Shown one piece after another: positions 10,105-24,399 of a DNA stretch of 64,000 nucleotides. The position numbers were made by a program, and so were the translations under genes. The stretch lies in the NCBI RefSeq assembly GCF_013149785.1, contig NZ_JABEZU010000005.1:124001-188000 (forward strand), given 5' to 3'. The notes under the pieces are model-generated. The model was not told the DNA's origin. It searched no databases and was given only the letters and a program-made list of their open reading frames with translations. The DNA comes from Isoptericola halotolerans. GTDB lineage: Bacteria > Actinomycetota > Actinomycetes > Actinomycetales > Cellulomonadaceae. Numbering within the stretch: position 1 is the stretch's first letter; each line of letters begins with the position of its first letter.

Positions 10105-10434
10105 GTCAAGCCGGGCGGCCCTGATGTGAGCGGCGCCACGCCGGTGACGACGTCGCGGTCGGCGGCAGCAGCCAAGGGTGCGATACTGGTCGGCAGACCT
10201 TCGGGGCCACATCCCTCGGACGGTCGACAAGCTTGCAGCTCCCGCGTCCCGGACGCGGTGCCGCGGCCAGGCGTGAAGGGGCCTGGTCGTCGGCGGCCGC
10301 GAAGACGGGGGAGTCGCAGCCGAGACCGAGACTTTCCGTCCGGGCGGCGCGCTGAGCAGCGCTGCCACCCGGGACGACGACCGCCCGGGCGGCCGGCAGG
10401 TGTGGGCCGGTTCCCGGGAGCAGGAGCGCACTTC

Positions 10435-13854
<3,420 letters not shown>

Positions 13855-13888
13855 GCATCGCGGCGACCGGGATGCTTGACTGGTCCGT

Positions 13889-14494
13889 ATGGACGACGGT
13901 CGAGCTCCCGGTCGCCTCACGGTCGTCGGCGGCCCCATGTTCGCCGGCAAGACCGAGGAGCTGGTCCGCCGTGTGCGGCGGGCCCAGATCGCGGGACGCG
14001 GGACGCTGGTGGTCACGCACGACCTGGACAGCCGCTACGGTGCGGGCCGGGTGGCTTCCCACTCGGGCGTGGCCGTCGCGTCGCGGTCGGTGGACGACGC
14101 CCGGGCGATCCCGAGCATCCTGTCGCCGGACGTGCGTCTGCTCGCCGTCGACGAGGCGCAGTTCTTCGGTCCCGAGCTCGTACCGGTCGTCCTCGACCTG
14201 CTCGACGCGGGACTCGACGTCGTCGTCGCCGGTCTGACGGTGACGTTCGACGGTCGCCCGTTCGAACCGGTGCCCGCGCTCATGGCGCACGCCGAGACCG
14301 TCACCAGGCTGACCGCCGTCTGCAGCGTGTGCGGTGCAGACGCCGCGTACCACGTGCGTCTGCACCGCCGCGGCCCGGTGGGTGATCCCCTCGTGGCCGT
14401 CGAAGGACACGTCGGGGGGACGGAGTCCTACCAGGCGCGGTGCCGGGCGCACCGGGACCCCGGACCGGGGTCCGGGACGCCACCGGTTCAGTAG
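13889..14494 (+). CDS. tdk: Thymidine kinase
   Basis: GPMFAGKTEEL, DEAQFF, CSVC...YQARCRAH zinc motif. Confidence 0.92.
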   Translation: MDDGRAPGRLTVVGGPMFAGKTEELVRRVRRAQIAGRGTLVVTHDLDSRYGAGRVASHSGVAVASRSVDDARAIPSILSPDVRLLAVDEAQFFGPELVPVVLDLLDAGLDVVVAGLTVTFDGRPFEPVPALMAHAETVTRLTAVCSVCGADAAYHVRLHRRGPVGDPLVAVEGHVGGTESYQARCRAHRDPGPGSGTPPVQ

Positions 14495-15588
14495 CCGCGC
14501 ATCTCCTGCCGCAGGGGGCAGTCGAACGGGTCGCGGGCCGCGAGCCCCACCTGGTTCAGGTACCGGACGACGATCGCGTACGACGCGATCAGGCTCGTCT
14601 CGGTGTAGGGCAGGCCGTGGCGGGCGCAGTGGTCGCGGACCAGCAGGCGGGCCTTCGCCAGGCTCGGGCGCGGCATGCTCGGGAAGAGGTGGTGCTCCAC
14701 CTGGTGGTTGAGGCCACCCATCAGCACGTTCATGAACCAGCCGCCACGGATGTTGCGGGACGTCAGCACCTGCTTGGACAGGAAGTCCATCTTGGCGCCG
14801 GCCGGCACCAGCTTCATGCCCTTGTGGTTGGGGGCGAACGAGGCGCCCATGTAGACCCCGAAGACGGCGAACTGCACACCGAGGAAGGCTGCTGCCAGCC
14901 CGAGCGGCATCATCCAGACGATGACGGCGACGTACAGGCTGAGGCGCACGGCGATCGTGACGATCTCGCGCCGACGGGCGCTGAGCGTCTTGGGGTCACC
15001 GGTCAGCAACGACCGGATCGACGTCACGTGCAGGTTGAGGCCCTCGAGGGTGAGCAGCGGGAAGAACAGCCAGCCCTGGCGACGCGTGATGTGGCGCAGC
15101 GGGCCACGGACCTCGGCGGCGGACTCCGGCGTGAACCGGATCGTGTCGGCCGCGATGTCCGGGTCCTTGCCCACCTGGTTGGGGTTGGCGTGGTGGCGGG
15201 TGTGCTTGGTCATCCACCACGAGTAGCTGATGCCGACCACGGCGTTGGCCAGCCAACGCCCGACGCGGTCGTTGACCGGCCCGCTCGCGAAGATCTGCCG
15301 GTGCGCGGCCTCGTGCGTGAGGAACGCGATCTGGGTCAGCACGATGCCGAGCGCCCCGGCCATCAGCAGCTGGAACCAGGAGTCCCCGAGCAGCACCATC
15401 CCCGTCACGATCCCGCCCAGCGCGAGCGTCACGCCGATGCCCATGGCGAGGTAGTACCCATAGGCCCTGCGCAGCAGACCGGCCTCGCGGACCTGCCCGG
15501 CGAGCTCGCTGTAGGAACTGGTGAAGCGCTCCGCAGCACGGGGCGGCGGGCGGGTCGCGTCGACGAGGGTCGGTGCGGAGGGGGGCAT
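14488..15588 (-). CDS. Membrane fatty acid desaturase
   Basis: His boxes HEAAH, HTRHH, QVEHHLFP. Confidence 0.92.
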   Translation of the reverse strand: MPPSAPTLVDATRPPPRAAERFTSSYSELAGQVREAGLLRRAYGYYLAMGIGVTLALGGIVTGMVLLGDSWFQLLMAGALGIVLTQIAFLTHEAAHRQIFASGPVNDRVGRWLANAVVGISYSWWMTKHTRHHANPNQVGKDPDIAADTIRFTPESAAEVRGPLRHITRRQGWLFFPLLTLEGLNLHVTSIRSLLTGDPKTLSARRREIVTIAVRLSLYVAVIVWMMPLGLAAAFLGVQFAVFGVYMGASFAPNHKGMKLVPAGAKMDFLSKQVLTSRNIRGGWFMNVLMGGLNHQVEHHLFPSMPRPSLAKARLLVRDHCARHGLPYTETSLIASYAIVVRYLNQVGLAARDPFDCPLRQEMRGY

Positions 15589-15875
15589 GCATACCTCGCA
15601 ATGGTTCGGTGTCGACTTCCCAGCCGAGTCGGTGGGCAGTCGCCCGCGGATGAGCCGAGCCTACGGGACCGTAGGTTCCGAGGTCGCGACCCGGACGTGA
15701 AGGTCTCGCGGAGGTGTGATCCGCGGCACGGCCGAGACCGCCGAACTTCTGGGCGAGTGTTCTCACCCGTGAGCGGACGCGCCGGTACGGCGGGGTCTGC
15801 CTACCCTGCGAATGATCGGCCTGTCGTCCGATCGGGCCCGAGGTTCGGCGACCTCCCGGAAGAACGAGAGAGCTC

Positions 15876-16721
15876 ATGAAGCGCAGGTGTGCATTGGTAG
15901 TCGCGGGTGCGCTGCTGCTCAGCGGTCTCGGAGCGGTCCCCGCGGACGCCGCGTCCAGCGGGCCGGGCGGCAGCGTCGACCATCCTGACGTGGTGCTGTA
16001 CAAGGGGCAGCACAACAAGACCGTCAGGGTCTCCTACTCGGTGAAGAAGCCGACGAGTGCGCAGATCCGTGCATGCTTCGACGCGAAGAGCTATCCCGAG
16101 TACGGAGAGGTCTACGCGGGGTGGGGCGACTTCTACTGGAACTACGACCTCGAGTATCACGACCGCTACGGGAACGACGTCGGTGGCGGGCTGTTCCTCT
16201 ACTCGAGCAAGTTCGCAGCCTCCGGCAAGGTGACGTCGCCCCGTTGGTACGACTGGGAGCCGTTCGGCAGGTACAAGGCCGTGGCGATCGTCCAGCGAGA
16301 GTTCGACGTCTACGGCGTCGACGAGGACGGCGACCGCTGGGACCACTATTGCCAGCTCCCGGACGTCCGGTACGCGGACATCTTCTCCTTCAAGCGAGCG
16401 TCGTACCTCCGGGTCGACGCGTCGCCCGAACCCGTCCGCAAGGGCGCTGTCGTCACGGTCAAGGGCACGCTCAAGTACTGGAACCCGGTCTCCGACTACG
16501 GCAAGGGCGCGATACGTCCGCTCCAGGGCAAGAAGGTGAAGGTGTACTTCGACCCGTCCGGACCTCGGGGGGCGACCTACCAGGGAAGTGCCACCGTCAC
16601 GTCCAAGGGCACCTTCACCAAGCGTTTCACGCAGAAGAAGTCCGGTACGTGGATCGTCAAGTATGCCGGGTCGCAGACGCTGACGTCGGGCCGGGCGACG
16701 GACGCGGTCAGGGTGAAGTGA
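15876..16721 (+). CDS. Secreted hypothetical protein with C-terminal Ig-like beta-sandwich
   Basis: Sec signal peptide (MKRR...AVPADA); C-terminal VDASPEPVRKG..VTVKGTL resembles Streptomyces secreted proteins (recall). Confidence 0.7.
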   Translation: MKRRCALVVAGALLLSGLGAVPADAASSGPGGSVDHPDVVLYKGQHNKTVRVSYSVKKPTSAQIRACFDAKSYPEYGEVYAGWGDFYWNYDLEYHDRYGNDVGGGLFLYSSKFAASGKVTSPRWYDWEPFGRYKAVAIVQREFDVYGVDEDGDRWDHYCQLPDVRYADIFSFKRASYLRVDASPEPVRKGAVVTVKGTLKYWNPVSDYGKGAIRPLQGKKVKVYFDPSGPRGATYQGSATVTSKGTFTKRFTQKKSGTWIVKYAGSQTLTSGRATDAVRVK

Positions 16722-16752
16722 CCTCTGGTCGTCGCGCTCGACGGGTCGTGAC

Positions 16753-17382
16753 TCAGTCCTGGACCAGCGGGACGAAGTTGTAGCTGCCGTGCTCCGTGGT
16801 GCGGACCGCGCCGTCGGGCGACCGTTCGACCAGCAGCATCGCGTGACGCACCGGGATCACCATGCGTCCACTCGGCGCGAGCTGCTCGACGAGCTGACCG
16901 GGGAGCTCGTCCGGGGAGGCCGAGACCAGGATGCGCGGCCAGCCGCCCGCCCGCGGAGCCCCGAGCGCGCCCGGCCGGGCGGCCTCGATCCGCGCCCAGG
17001 GCATGCCGAGGCGCGCGAGGTTCGCACCGCCCCGCGCGACGAGCTCGGGGACGCGTTCGGTGCCGAGCACCTCTCCACCCGCCCCGACCAGGTGGGCCAG
17101 CAGTGCCGTCGTCCACCCCGAGCCGGCACCGACGTCCAGCACGGCGCCGCCGCGGGGCACACGGAGCATGGTGAGCATCGTGGCGACGGTGGACGGCTGA
17201 GAGCAGGTCTGCTCGTGGCCGATCGGCAGCGGACGGTCGTCGCCGGCAGCTCTGCGCTGCCCGCGGGGCAGGAAGCCTCGCCGGTCGACGGCATGCATCG
17301 CATCGGTGACAGCGACAGCGATGGCGTCCGCGTCGGCGGAGTCGGGTCCGGGTCCGCCGTGCGGCGGTGGTTCGGGCGTCAC
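16753..17382 (-). CDS. pcm: Protein-L-isoaspartate O-methyltransferase
   Basis: LPIGHEQTCSQPSTV, VLDVGAGSGW, FVPLV motifs; start inferred at GTG 17382. Confidence 0.88.
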   Translation of the reverse strand: MTPEPPPHGGPGPDSADADAIAVAVTDAMHAVDRRGFLPRGQRRAAGDDRPLPIGHEQTCSQPSTVATMLTMLRVPRGGAVLDVGAGSGWTTALLAHLVGAGGEVLGTERVPELVARGGANLARLGMPWARIEAARPGALGAPRAGGWPRILVSASPDELPGQLVEQLAPSGRMVIPVRHAMLLVERSPDGAVRTTEHGSYNFVPLVQD

Positions 17383-17644
17383 CGTGCCATCATCGGGCGA
17401 CGTCGGTCTGGTCGCGATCGCCCGGCAGGCCGGGGCCGTGCCGCAGGTCACGTCCTGGAGCGGTGTGCGCCAGTTGATCGCAGCAGGTGGCGTCGCGTAG
17501 AGTGGTGCGTCGGCGCGCTCTCAGTGCGCCTGTCCCGTGTGCCCTCGGCGCACCGCACTCGACCGCTGCGGCGGTCCGAGTCCCAGATCAAGCCGGTGAC
17601 CGACGTCGGGCGAGCACGCCAAGACCAGGAGAGATGAGCACAGC

Positions 17645-17953
17645 ATGGTGTACGCGATCGTCAAGGCCGGTGGCCGTCAGGAGAAGGTGTCCGTGGGGGA
17701 CATCGTCGTCATGGACCGGGTCGGGGCTTCGGCCGGCGACTCCGTCGAGCTGACCGCGATCCTGCTCGTGGACGGGGAGAAGGTGACCACCGACGCGGAG
17801 AAGCTCGCGAAGGTCAAGGTCACCGCCGAGGTCGTCCGGGACGTCAAGGGTCCGAAGATCTCCATCCAGAAGTACAAGAACAAGACCGGTTACAAGAAGC
17901 GCCAGGGTCACCGTCAGCAGCTGACCCGCCTGAAGGTCACCGGCATCAAGTGA
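17645..17953 (+). CDS. rplU: 50S ribosomal protein L21
   Basis: [13 protein letters not shown]...KRQGHRQ. Confidence 0.98.
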   Translation: MVYAIVKAGGRQEKVSVGDIVVMDRVGASAGDSVELTAILLVDGEKVTTDAEKLAKVKVTAEVVRDVKGPKISIQKYKNKTGYKKRQGHRQQLTRLKVTGIK

Positions 17954-18025
17954 CCTCCGGCGGCTCCGGCCGCCAGGTCCCACCCTCTTCGTACTCTCTT
18001 CGTACTCTCAGAAAGCAGGACTGAC

Positions 18026-18280
18026 ATGGCACACAAGAAGGGCGCGAGCTCCTCGCGCAACGGTCGTGACTCGAACGCGAAGTCGCTCGGTGTGAAGCGC
18101 TACGGCGGCCAGGTCGTCGGCGCCGGCGAGATCATCGTCCGCCAGCGCGGTACCCACTTCCACCCCGGTGAGAACGTCGGGCGCGGCGGGGACGACACCC
18201 TCTTCGCCCTGGCCGCCGGCGAGGTCGCCTTCGCGACGCGTCGTGGCCGCAAGGTCGTCGACATCGTCGCCGCTGGCTGA
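18026..18280 (+). CDS. rpmA: 50S ribosomal protein L27
   Basis: [16 protein letters not shown]. Confidence 0.99.
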   Translation: MAHKKGASSSRNGRDSNAKSLGVKRYGGQVVGAGEIIVRQRGTHFHPGENVGRGGDDTLFALAAGEVAFATRRGRKVVDIVAAG

Positions 18281-18335
18281 CGATACCGATCTGACCGCCT
18301 GGTACCGCCGCGCAGCGAACCGCTGCCGCACTTCC

Positions 18336-18371
18336 CACGAGGGGCGCACCGACTCGGGTGCGCCCCTCGTG
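18336..18371 (+). terminator. GC-rich hairpin between rpmA and obgE
   Basis: CACGAGGGGCGCACC-gactcg-GGTGCGCCCCTCGTG perfect 15-bp stem. Confidence 0.7.
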
Positions 18372-18404
18372 CTGTTCCCCGCTTGCCGCTGAGAGGATCT
18401 ACCC

Positions 18405-19928
18405 ATGGCCAGCTTCGTCGATCGAGTGGTGCTGCACGCCTCCGGCGGTGACGGCGGGCACGGTGTCGCGTCCGTGCACCGTGAGAAGTTCAAGCCGCTC
18501 GGCGGTCCGGACGGCGGCAACGGCGGTGACGGCGGCAGCGTCCGGCTCGTCGTGGACGCCCAGACCACCACGCTGCTGGAGTACCACCACTCGCCGCACC
18601 GCCGGGCGCCGAAGGGCGGCCCGGGCCTGGGTGACGACAAGGACGGCGCCAAGGGCGACGACCTGGTCCTGCGCGTCCCGGACGGGACCGTCGTCAAGGA
18701 CCGTGACGGCAACGTGCTGGCGGACCTGGTCGGCGACGGCACGGAGTACGTCATCGCCGAGGGCGGTCGCGGAGGTCTGGGCAACCGTGCCCTGGCCTCA
18801 CCGAAGCGCAAGGCGCCCGGCTTCGCGCTCCTCGGCGAGCCCGGCGAGGAACGCGACGTCGTCCTCGAGCTCAAGTCGATCGCCGACGTCGCGCTCGTCG
18901 GCTTCCCGAGCGCCGGCAAGTCGTCGTTGATCGCCGCGGTGTCCGCAGCCCGGCCGAAGATCGCGGACTACCCGTTCACCACACTGGTGCCGAACCTCGG
19001 CGTCGTGCAGGCGGGCGACACCCGGTACACGATCGCCGACGTCCCCGGACTCATCCCGGGCGCCAGCAAGGGCAAGGGGCTGGGGCTGGAGTTCCTGCGG
19101 CACGTCGAGCGCACCGCGGTCATCGTGCACGTGCTCGACTGCGCCACGCTGGAGCCGGGGCGCGACCCGATCAGCGACCTGGAGGCGCTCGAGGCCGAGC
19201 TCGCCGCCTACGCGGGCGACCTGGGGATCGAGGGTGGACGGGTCCCGCTGACCGAGCGTCCGCAGCTCGTCGTGCTCAACAAGATCGACGTGCCCGAGGC
19301 GCGCGAGCTCGCGGACTTCGTGCGACCGGACCTGGAGGCTCGCGGCCTGCCGGTCTACGAGATCTCCACCGCCTCGCACGAGGGCCTGCGCCCCCTGACC
19401 TTCGCGCTCGGCGACATCGTGGCTCAGGCCAGGGCCGCGGCGCCGCCGCCCGAGCCGGCCCGCGTCGTCCTGAGGCCGAGGGCCGTCGACGACGCCGGGT
19501 TCACGGTCACGCGGCGCACCGACGGGTCCACGGGGCGCGACTACTTCCTCGTCGAGGGCCGCAAGCCGTGGCGGTGGGTGCGCCAGACCGACTTCAACAA
19601 CGACGAGGCGGTCGGCTTCCTCGCCGACCGGCTGGCCAAGCTCGGCGTCGAGGACCGGCTCCTCAAGGCCGGTGCCGTCGCGGGCGACGAGGTGCGGATC
19701 GGCGACGACCGTGACGCCGTCGTCTTCGACTGGGAGCCCACCATGAGCACCGGTGCCGAGCTGCTCGGCGCCCGGGGGACCGACCTGCGCTTCGACGAGC
19801 CCTCGCGGCCGACGCGTGCGAGTAGGCGCCAGGAGCACAGCGAGCGGATGGACGCCAAGGCTGCGGCCCGCGAGGAGCTGTGGACCGAGCGCGAGTCGGG
19901 TCACTGGGCGGACCCCAGCGACGACTGA
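18405..19928 (+). CDS. obgE: GTPase ObgE/CgtA
   Basis: FVDRV...[32 protein letters not shown]. Confidence 0.98.
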   Translation: MASFVDRVVLHASGGDGGHGVASVHREKFKPLGGPDGGNGGDGGSVRLVVDAQTTTLLEYHHSPHRRAPKGGPGLGDDKDGAKGDDLVLRVPDGTVVKDRDGNVLADLVGDGTEYVIAEGGRGGLGNRALASPKRKAPGFALLGEPGEERDVVLELKSIADVALVGFPSAGKSSLIAAVSAARPKIADYPFTTLVPNLGVVQAGDTRYTIADVPGLIPGASKGKGLGLEFLRHVERTAVIVHVLDCATLEPGRDPISDLEALEAELAAYAGDLGIEGGRVPLTERPQLVVLNKIDVPEARELADFVRPDLEARGLPVYEISTASHEGLRPLTFALGDIVAQARAAAPPPEPARVVLRPRAVDDAGFTVTRRTDGSTGRDYFLVEGRKPWRWVRQTDFNNDEAVGFLADRLAKLGVEDRLLKAGAVAGDEVRIGDDRDAVVFDWEPTMSTGAELLGARGTDLRFDEPSRPTRASRRQEHSERMDAKAAAREELWTERESGHWADPSDD

Positions 19929-19953
19929 CTCCCGTTGCGGCCATGATGGCCTC

Positions 19954-21108
19954 GTGAACGCGACTTCTCGCTCCGCCCTGCCTGCCGCCCGGCGCCTCGT
20001 CGTCAAGATCGGGTCGTCGTCCCTGACCCGACCGGACGGCCACCTCGACGTGGCCGCGCTGGGTGCCCTCGTGGACGTGCTGGCCGAGCGCCGGTCGCTG
20101 GGTCAGGAGGTGGTGCTGGTCACCTCCGGCGCCATCGCCGCGGGCATCGGCCCGGCGGGGCTGACTGCGCGGCCGCGAGACCTCGCGACGATGCAGGCCT
20201 GCGCCATGCTCGGACAGGGCGAGCTGGTGGCCCGGTACAGCGAGGCCTTCGCCGTGCACGGGCTACGGGTGGGGCAGGCGTTGCTGACGGCGGAGGACAC
20301 CGTGCGCCGGGTCCGCTACCGCAACGCGCAGCGGTCCCTGGAGAAGCTGCTCGCACTCGGGGTGGTGCCGGTCGTCAACGAGAACGACGCGGTCACGATC
20401 GACGAGCTCCGCTTCGGCGACAACGACCGGCTCGCCGCTCTGGTATCGCACCTGGTGCGGGCCGACGCCATGGTGCTGCTGACGGACGTCGACGGTCTGC
20501 ACGACGCCCCGCCCAGCCGGCCCGGTGCCCGGCGGATCTCGTACGTGGCGGACCTCGCCGACGTCGCCGGCGTCGAGGTCACGGCCCGGGGGAGCAGCGT
20601 CGGGACCGGGGGGATGGTCACCAAGCTGGAGTCGGTGCGGATCGCGACGGAGGCCGGTGTCCCCGTCGTCCTGACCGCGGCCGGGCACGTCGCCACGGCG
20701 CTGGCCGGCGGGGACGTCGGCACGTTCTTCGCCGCGGGTGGCAAGCGGACGACGGCGCGCCGGCTCTGGATCGCCCACGCGGCCCGTGCGGCGGGGCGCC
20801 TGCACCTGGACGCCGGGGCGGCCCGGGCGGTGCTCGGCGGACGGGCGTCCTTGCTGCCTGCCGGGATCACCCGGGTCGAGGGGCAGTTCGACGCGGGTGA
20901 CCCGGTCGAGCTCGTCGCCCCAGACGGCACCGTCGTCGCCCGAGGGCTCGTGGCCTACGACGCCGCCGAGCTCCCGCCGCTGCTCGGGCGCTCCACGTAC
21001 GAGCTGCGTGCGGACCTCGGTGAGGGGTACGACCGCGAGGTGGTGCACCGCGACGACCTCGTGCTCGAAGGACGGAACGGCCTGTCGTCGTCCGGCTCGG
21101 CGACGTAG
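19954..21108 (+). CDS. proB: Glutamate 5-kinase
   Basis: [34 protein letters not shown] domain. Confidence 0.96.
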   Translation: MNATSRSALPAARRLVVKIGSSSLTRPDGHLDVAALGALVDVLAERRSLGQEVVLVTSGAIAAGIGPAGLTARPRDLATMQACAMLGQGELVARYSEAFAVHGLRVGQALLTAEDTVRRVRYRNAQRSLEKLLALGVVPVVNENDAVTIDELRFGDNDRLAALVSHLVRADAMVLLTDVDGLHDAPPSRPGARRISYVADLADVAGVEVTARGSSVGTGGMVTKLESVRIATEAGVPVVLTAAGHVATALAGGDVGTFFAAGGKRTTARRLWIAHAARAAGRLHLDAGAARAVLGGRASLLPAGITRVEGQFDAGDPVELVAPDGTVVARGLVAYDAAELPPLLGRSTYELRADLGEGYDREVVHRDDLVLEGRNGLSSSGSAT

Positions 21109-21118
21109 TCTCGAGGGC

Positions 21119-22450
21119 ATGACCACGACGTTCGATCCCACGCCTCCCAGGACACCCGGCACCGTGCAGCGACCGCAGCCGGACGCCGAGGTCGCGGTGG
21201 CGGTCCAGGACGTCGCCCGGCGCGCCCAGACCGCCTCGCGTGCGCTGGCCACGGCCAACCGTGCGACGAAGGACGCCGCGCTGCACGCGGTCGCCGACGC
21301 CCTCGTCGCGTCGTCGGCCGAGATCGTGGCAGCGAACGCCGACGACGTGGCCCGTGGCCGGGAGGGCGGCATGAGCGACGGTCTCCTCGACCGCCTCACC
21401 CTCACCCGGGAGCGCGTGGGCGCGATCGCCGACGCGCTGCGCGAGCTCGCGGCGCTGCCCGACCCGGTCGGCGAGGTGGTGCGCGGCAGCACGCTGCCCA
21501 ACGGCCTGCGGGTGCGCCAGCTGCGCGTACCGATGGGCGTGGTCGGCATGATCTACGAGGCGCGACCGAACGTGACCGTCGACGCGGCCGGCCTGGCGCT
21601 GAAGTCCGGCAACGCGGTCATCCTGAGGGGTGGGAGCGCGGCGTCGTCGTCCAACACCGTGATCGTGGACGTGATGCGCCGTGCGCTGGAGGACCGCGGA
21701 CTTCCCGGTGATCTCGTGCAGTCCATCGACCGGTTCGGACGGCCTGGCGGCGTCGCCCTGATGCAGGCCCGTGGCCTCGTCGACCTGCTGGTGCCCCGCG
21801 GTGGGGCGGACCTGATCCGGACGGTCGTGGAGCAGTCGACCGTGCCGGTCATCGAGACAGGGACGGGCAACGTGCACGTCTACGTCGACGCCACCGCCGA
21901 CGTCCCGACGGCGGTCGAGATCGTCATGAACGCCAAGACCCAGCGCGTCGGCGTCTGCAACGCCGCCGAGACGCTGCTGGTGCACGTCGACGTCGCCGAG
22001 GCGTTCCTGCCGGCGGCGCTCGCCGCGCTCGGCGGAGCCGGCGTCGTGCTGCACGGTGACGAGGGCACGCGTGCCCATGCCCCGGAGAGCGTCGAGATCA
22101 CCCCGGCCGCCGACGACGACTGGGCCACGGAGTACCTCGCGGCCGAGCTCGCCGTACGGGTGGTCGGGTCGTTGGACGAGGCGATCGACCACATCCGCAC
22201 CTGGAGCTCCGGACACACCGAGGCGATCGTCACCCAGGACCTGGCCGCGTCCGAGCGGTTCGTGGCCGAGGTCGACTCGGCAGCGGTGATGGTGAACGCC
22301 TCGACGAGGTTCACCGACGGCGGCCAGCTGGGGATGGGCGCGGAGATCGGCATCTCGACCCAGAAGCTGCACGCGCGGGGGCCGATGGGGCTGGCCGAGC
22401 TGACCACGACCAAGTGGGTGGTGCACGGTGACGGCCACGTACGGCCCTGA
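21119..22450 (+). CDS. proA: Glutamate-5-semialdehyde dehydrogenase
   Basis: [38 protein letters not shown]. Confidence 0.97.
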   Translation: MTTTFDPTPPRTPGTVQRPQPDAEVAVAVQDVARRAQTASRALATANRATKDAALHAVADALVASSAEIVAANADDVARGREGGMSDGLLDRLTLTRERVGAIADALRELAALPDPVGEVVRGSTLPNGLRVRQLRVPMGVVGMIYEARPNVTVDAAGLALKSGNAVILRGGSAASSSNTVIVDVMRRALEDRGLPGDLVQSIDRFGRPGGVALMQARGLVDLLVPRGGADLIRTVVEQSTVPVIETGTGNVHVYVDATADVPTAVEIVMNAKTQRVGVCNAAETLLVHVDVAEAFLPAALAALGGAGVVLHGDEGTRAHAPESVEITPAADDDWATEYLAAELAVRVVGSLDEAIDHIRTWSSGHTEAIVTQDLAASERFVAEVDSAAVMVNASTRFTDGGQLGMGAEIGISTQKLHARGPMGLAELTTTKWVVHGDGHVRP

Positions 22451-22507
22451 GCGCCCGTCGTGAGAGACTGTGCCCCGACCTGACCCGACCACCCCTGAGG
22501 AGCCACC

Positions 22508-22660
22508 GTGCTGCACACCGCCGTCCAGGTAGCCGAGGAGGCTGCCGCGCACGCGTCGACCGGGATCTCGCCGATCATGCTCGGCGTGCTGTCCTTCGGT
22601 GGCTTCGTCGTCGCGCTCCTGGCGACGTTCGCCTTCCGCAACGCCAGCAACAAGCACTGA
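22508..22660 (+). CDS. Small (50 aa) single-pass membrane protein
   Basis: GAGGAG RBS then [53 protein letters not shown]; not in ORF track. Confidence 0.75.
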   Translation: MLHTAVQVAEEAAAHASTGISPIMLGVLSFGGFVVALLATFAFRNASNKH

Positions 22661-22676
22661 CGCGGCCCGCCGAACG

Positions 22677-23282
22677 GTGAGCCAGCAGCGTCGTCCCCGC
22701 ATCGGGGTGATGGGCGGGACCTTCGACCCCATCCACCACGGTCACCTCGTGGCGGCGAGCGAGGTGGCGGCGTTGCTCGATCTCGACGAGGTCGTCTTCG
22801 TCCCGACCGGCAAGCCCAGCTTCAAGCAGGACACCCAGGTGTCCCCGGCCGAGCACCGCTACCTCATGACGGTCATCGCCACGGCGTCCAACCCCCGGTT
22901 CACGGTGAGTCGGGTGGACATCGACCGGCCGGGTCTGACCTACACGGTCGACACGCTGCGCGATCTGCGTCAGGATCGTCCGGACGCCGACCTGTACTTC
23001 ATCACGGGCGCGGACGCGATCGAACAGCTGTTGACGTGGAAGGACACGGGGTCGCTGTGGGAGATGGCTCATTTCGTGGCCGTCACCCGGCCTGGCCACC
23101 GGCTCACCGTCGAAGGCCTGCCTCCGGAGGGTGTCACGACGCTCGAGGTGCCCGCGCTCGCGATCTCGTCCACGGACTGCCGCCGGCGCGCGGAAGCGGG
23201 TCAGCCGGTCTGGTACCTGGTGCCGGACGGCGTCGTCCAGTACATCGCCAAGCACGGTCTGTATCGAGGTCTCGATGAGTGA
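22677..23282 (+). CDS. nadD: Nicotinate-nucleotide adenylyltransferase
   Basis: [24 protein letters not shown] motifs. Confidence 0.96.
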   Translation: MSQQRRPRIGVMGGTFDPIHHGHLVAASEVAALLDLDEVVFVPTGKPSFKQDTQVSPAEHRYLMTVIATASNPRFTVSRVDIDRPGLTYTVDTLRDLRQDRPDADLYFITGADAIEQLLTWKDTGSLWEMAHFVAVTRPGHRLTVEGLPPEGVTTLEVPALAISSTDCRRRAEAGQPVWYLVPDGVVQYIAKHGLYRGLDE

Positions 23283-24399
23283 CAACACGTCCCGGCCGCT
23301 GACACGTCGGGAGATCCGCGAGCGCGAGCAGGCGGCTGCCGAGGCGGCCGCCCGTCAGTCCGCCCCGGGCGGCTCGGCACCGGTGCCCGGTGCCGGCCCG
23401 GCCGCCTTCGGTCGTGGCGTGCCCAGCGCATCCTCGCCGCCGCCCGCACCCCCCGGCACGGGCGCCGGTGCGCCGCCGTCGCGCCGGTCGTTGCGCGAGC
23501 AGCAGGCGCCGACGGCGAGCGCGGCGTCCGCCCCGGCACCGACCGTCCGTCCGCCGTCGACCTCCGGCGGTGTGCGAGGGCTCGACGAGACCGGCAGGCT
23601 CGCGCCCGTGCGCCGACCCGGTGACGGCGGCGCAGCTCCGTCGGCACCGGCTCCGGCCCCGGCACCGTCGTCGCCCACGAGGACCCCGACCCGCACCTCG
23701 ATGCGGTCGCCGTCGCCCTTCGCCCCGTCGGCGACGAGCGCGCCGGACGCACCGCGCCCCTCCGCGGGTCCCACGGACCAGGGGCCGCGCTCGCCGTTCG
23801 GCGGGCCACCCTCCCGTGCGACCACGCCCGCGCCGGCAGGTGCCGAGCCCGTGCCGAACCCGTTCGACGGCGCTACCCCCAGCCGGCGCTCCGCCTACGG
23901 CTCGGGCGCCCCGGCTCCGACGAGGTCGCCGGCGACGCCGGCGCCGGCCGCGCCCATGCCGTCCCGGGGTGCGCCGGCGTGGCCCGGCACGCCGGCCCCG
24001 GCCGGCCCGTCGGCGCCGGACCCGGACGCGACCGCGGTGGCACCGCCGTTGCCCTGGGGCACGCCGGGCCCGGCCGCCGCGAGCTCGCGCTCGGCCGCCG
24101 AACCGGTCGGCGCACCGCAGGCACCGGTGCAGGACTCCGCCGCGTCACCCTTCGCGTCGGTGGTCGGCCACGGGCAGCCCGCGCGGGTCGATCTCGCTGA
24201 CGACGTGGACGAGGACGAGGAGTGGGACGAGCCGGAGCCGTCGTACACCTGGCTGCACTACATCGTGCTCGTGGTCGTGGCGTTCGTCCTCGGCCTGCTG
24301 CTGTGGAACGTCTTGCTGGACGGACCGGACGACGAGAGCTTCGGGACCGAGGAGGCGTCCGTCTCCGTCGTGACGCCCCACGAGGGGAGGGCGCGATGA
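23275..24399 (+). CDS. Pro/Ala-rich hypothetical protein with C-terminal TM helix
   Basis: LTRREIRE N-terminus, low-complexity body, [21 protein letters not shown]; overlaps nadD and rsfS. Confidence 0.75.
   Translation: MSDNTSRPLTRREIREREQAAAEAAARQSAPGGSAPVPGAGPAAFGRGVPSASSPPPAPPGTGAGAPPSRRSLREQQAPTASAASAPAPTVRPPSTSGGVRGLDETGRLAPVRRPGDGGAAPSAPAPAPAPSSPTRTPTRTSMRSPSPFAPSATSAPDAPRPSAGPTDQGPRSPFGGPPSRATTPAPAGAEPVPNPFDGATPSRRSAYGSGAPAPTRSPATPAPAAPMPSRGAPAWPGTPAPAGPSAPDPDATAVAPPLPWGTPGPAAASSRSAAEPVGAPQAPVQDSAASPFASVVGHGQPARVDLADDVDEDEEWDEPEPSYTWLHYIVLVVVAFVLGLLLWNVLLDGPDDESFGTEEASVSVVTPHEGRAR

Noticed and set aside
15589..15875. Riboswitch or thermosensor before the desaturase
   Set aside because: Only short GC-rich stems expected by chance; no recognisable aptamer consensus.
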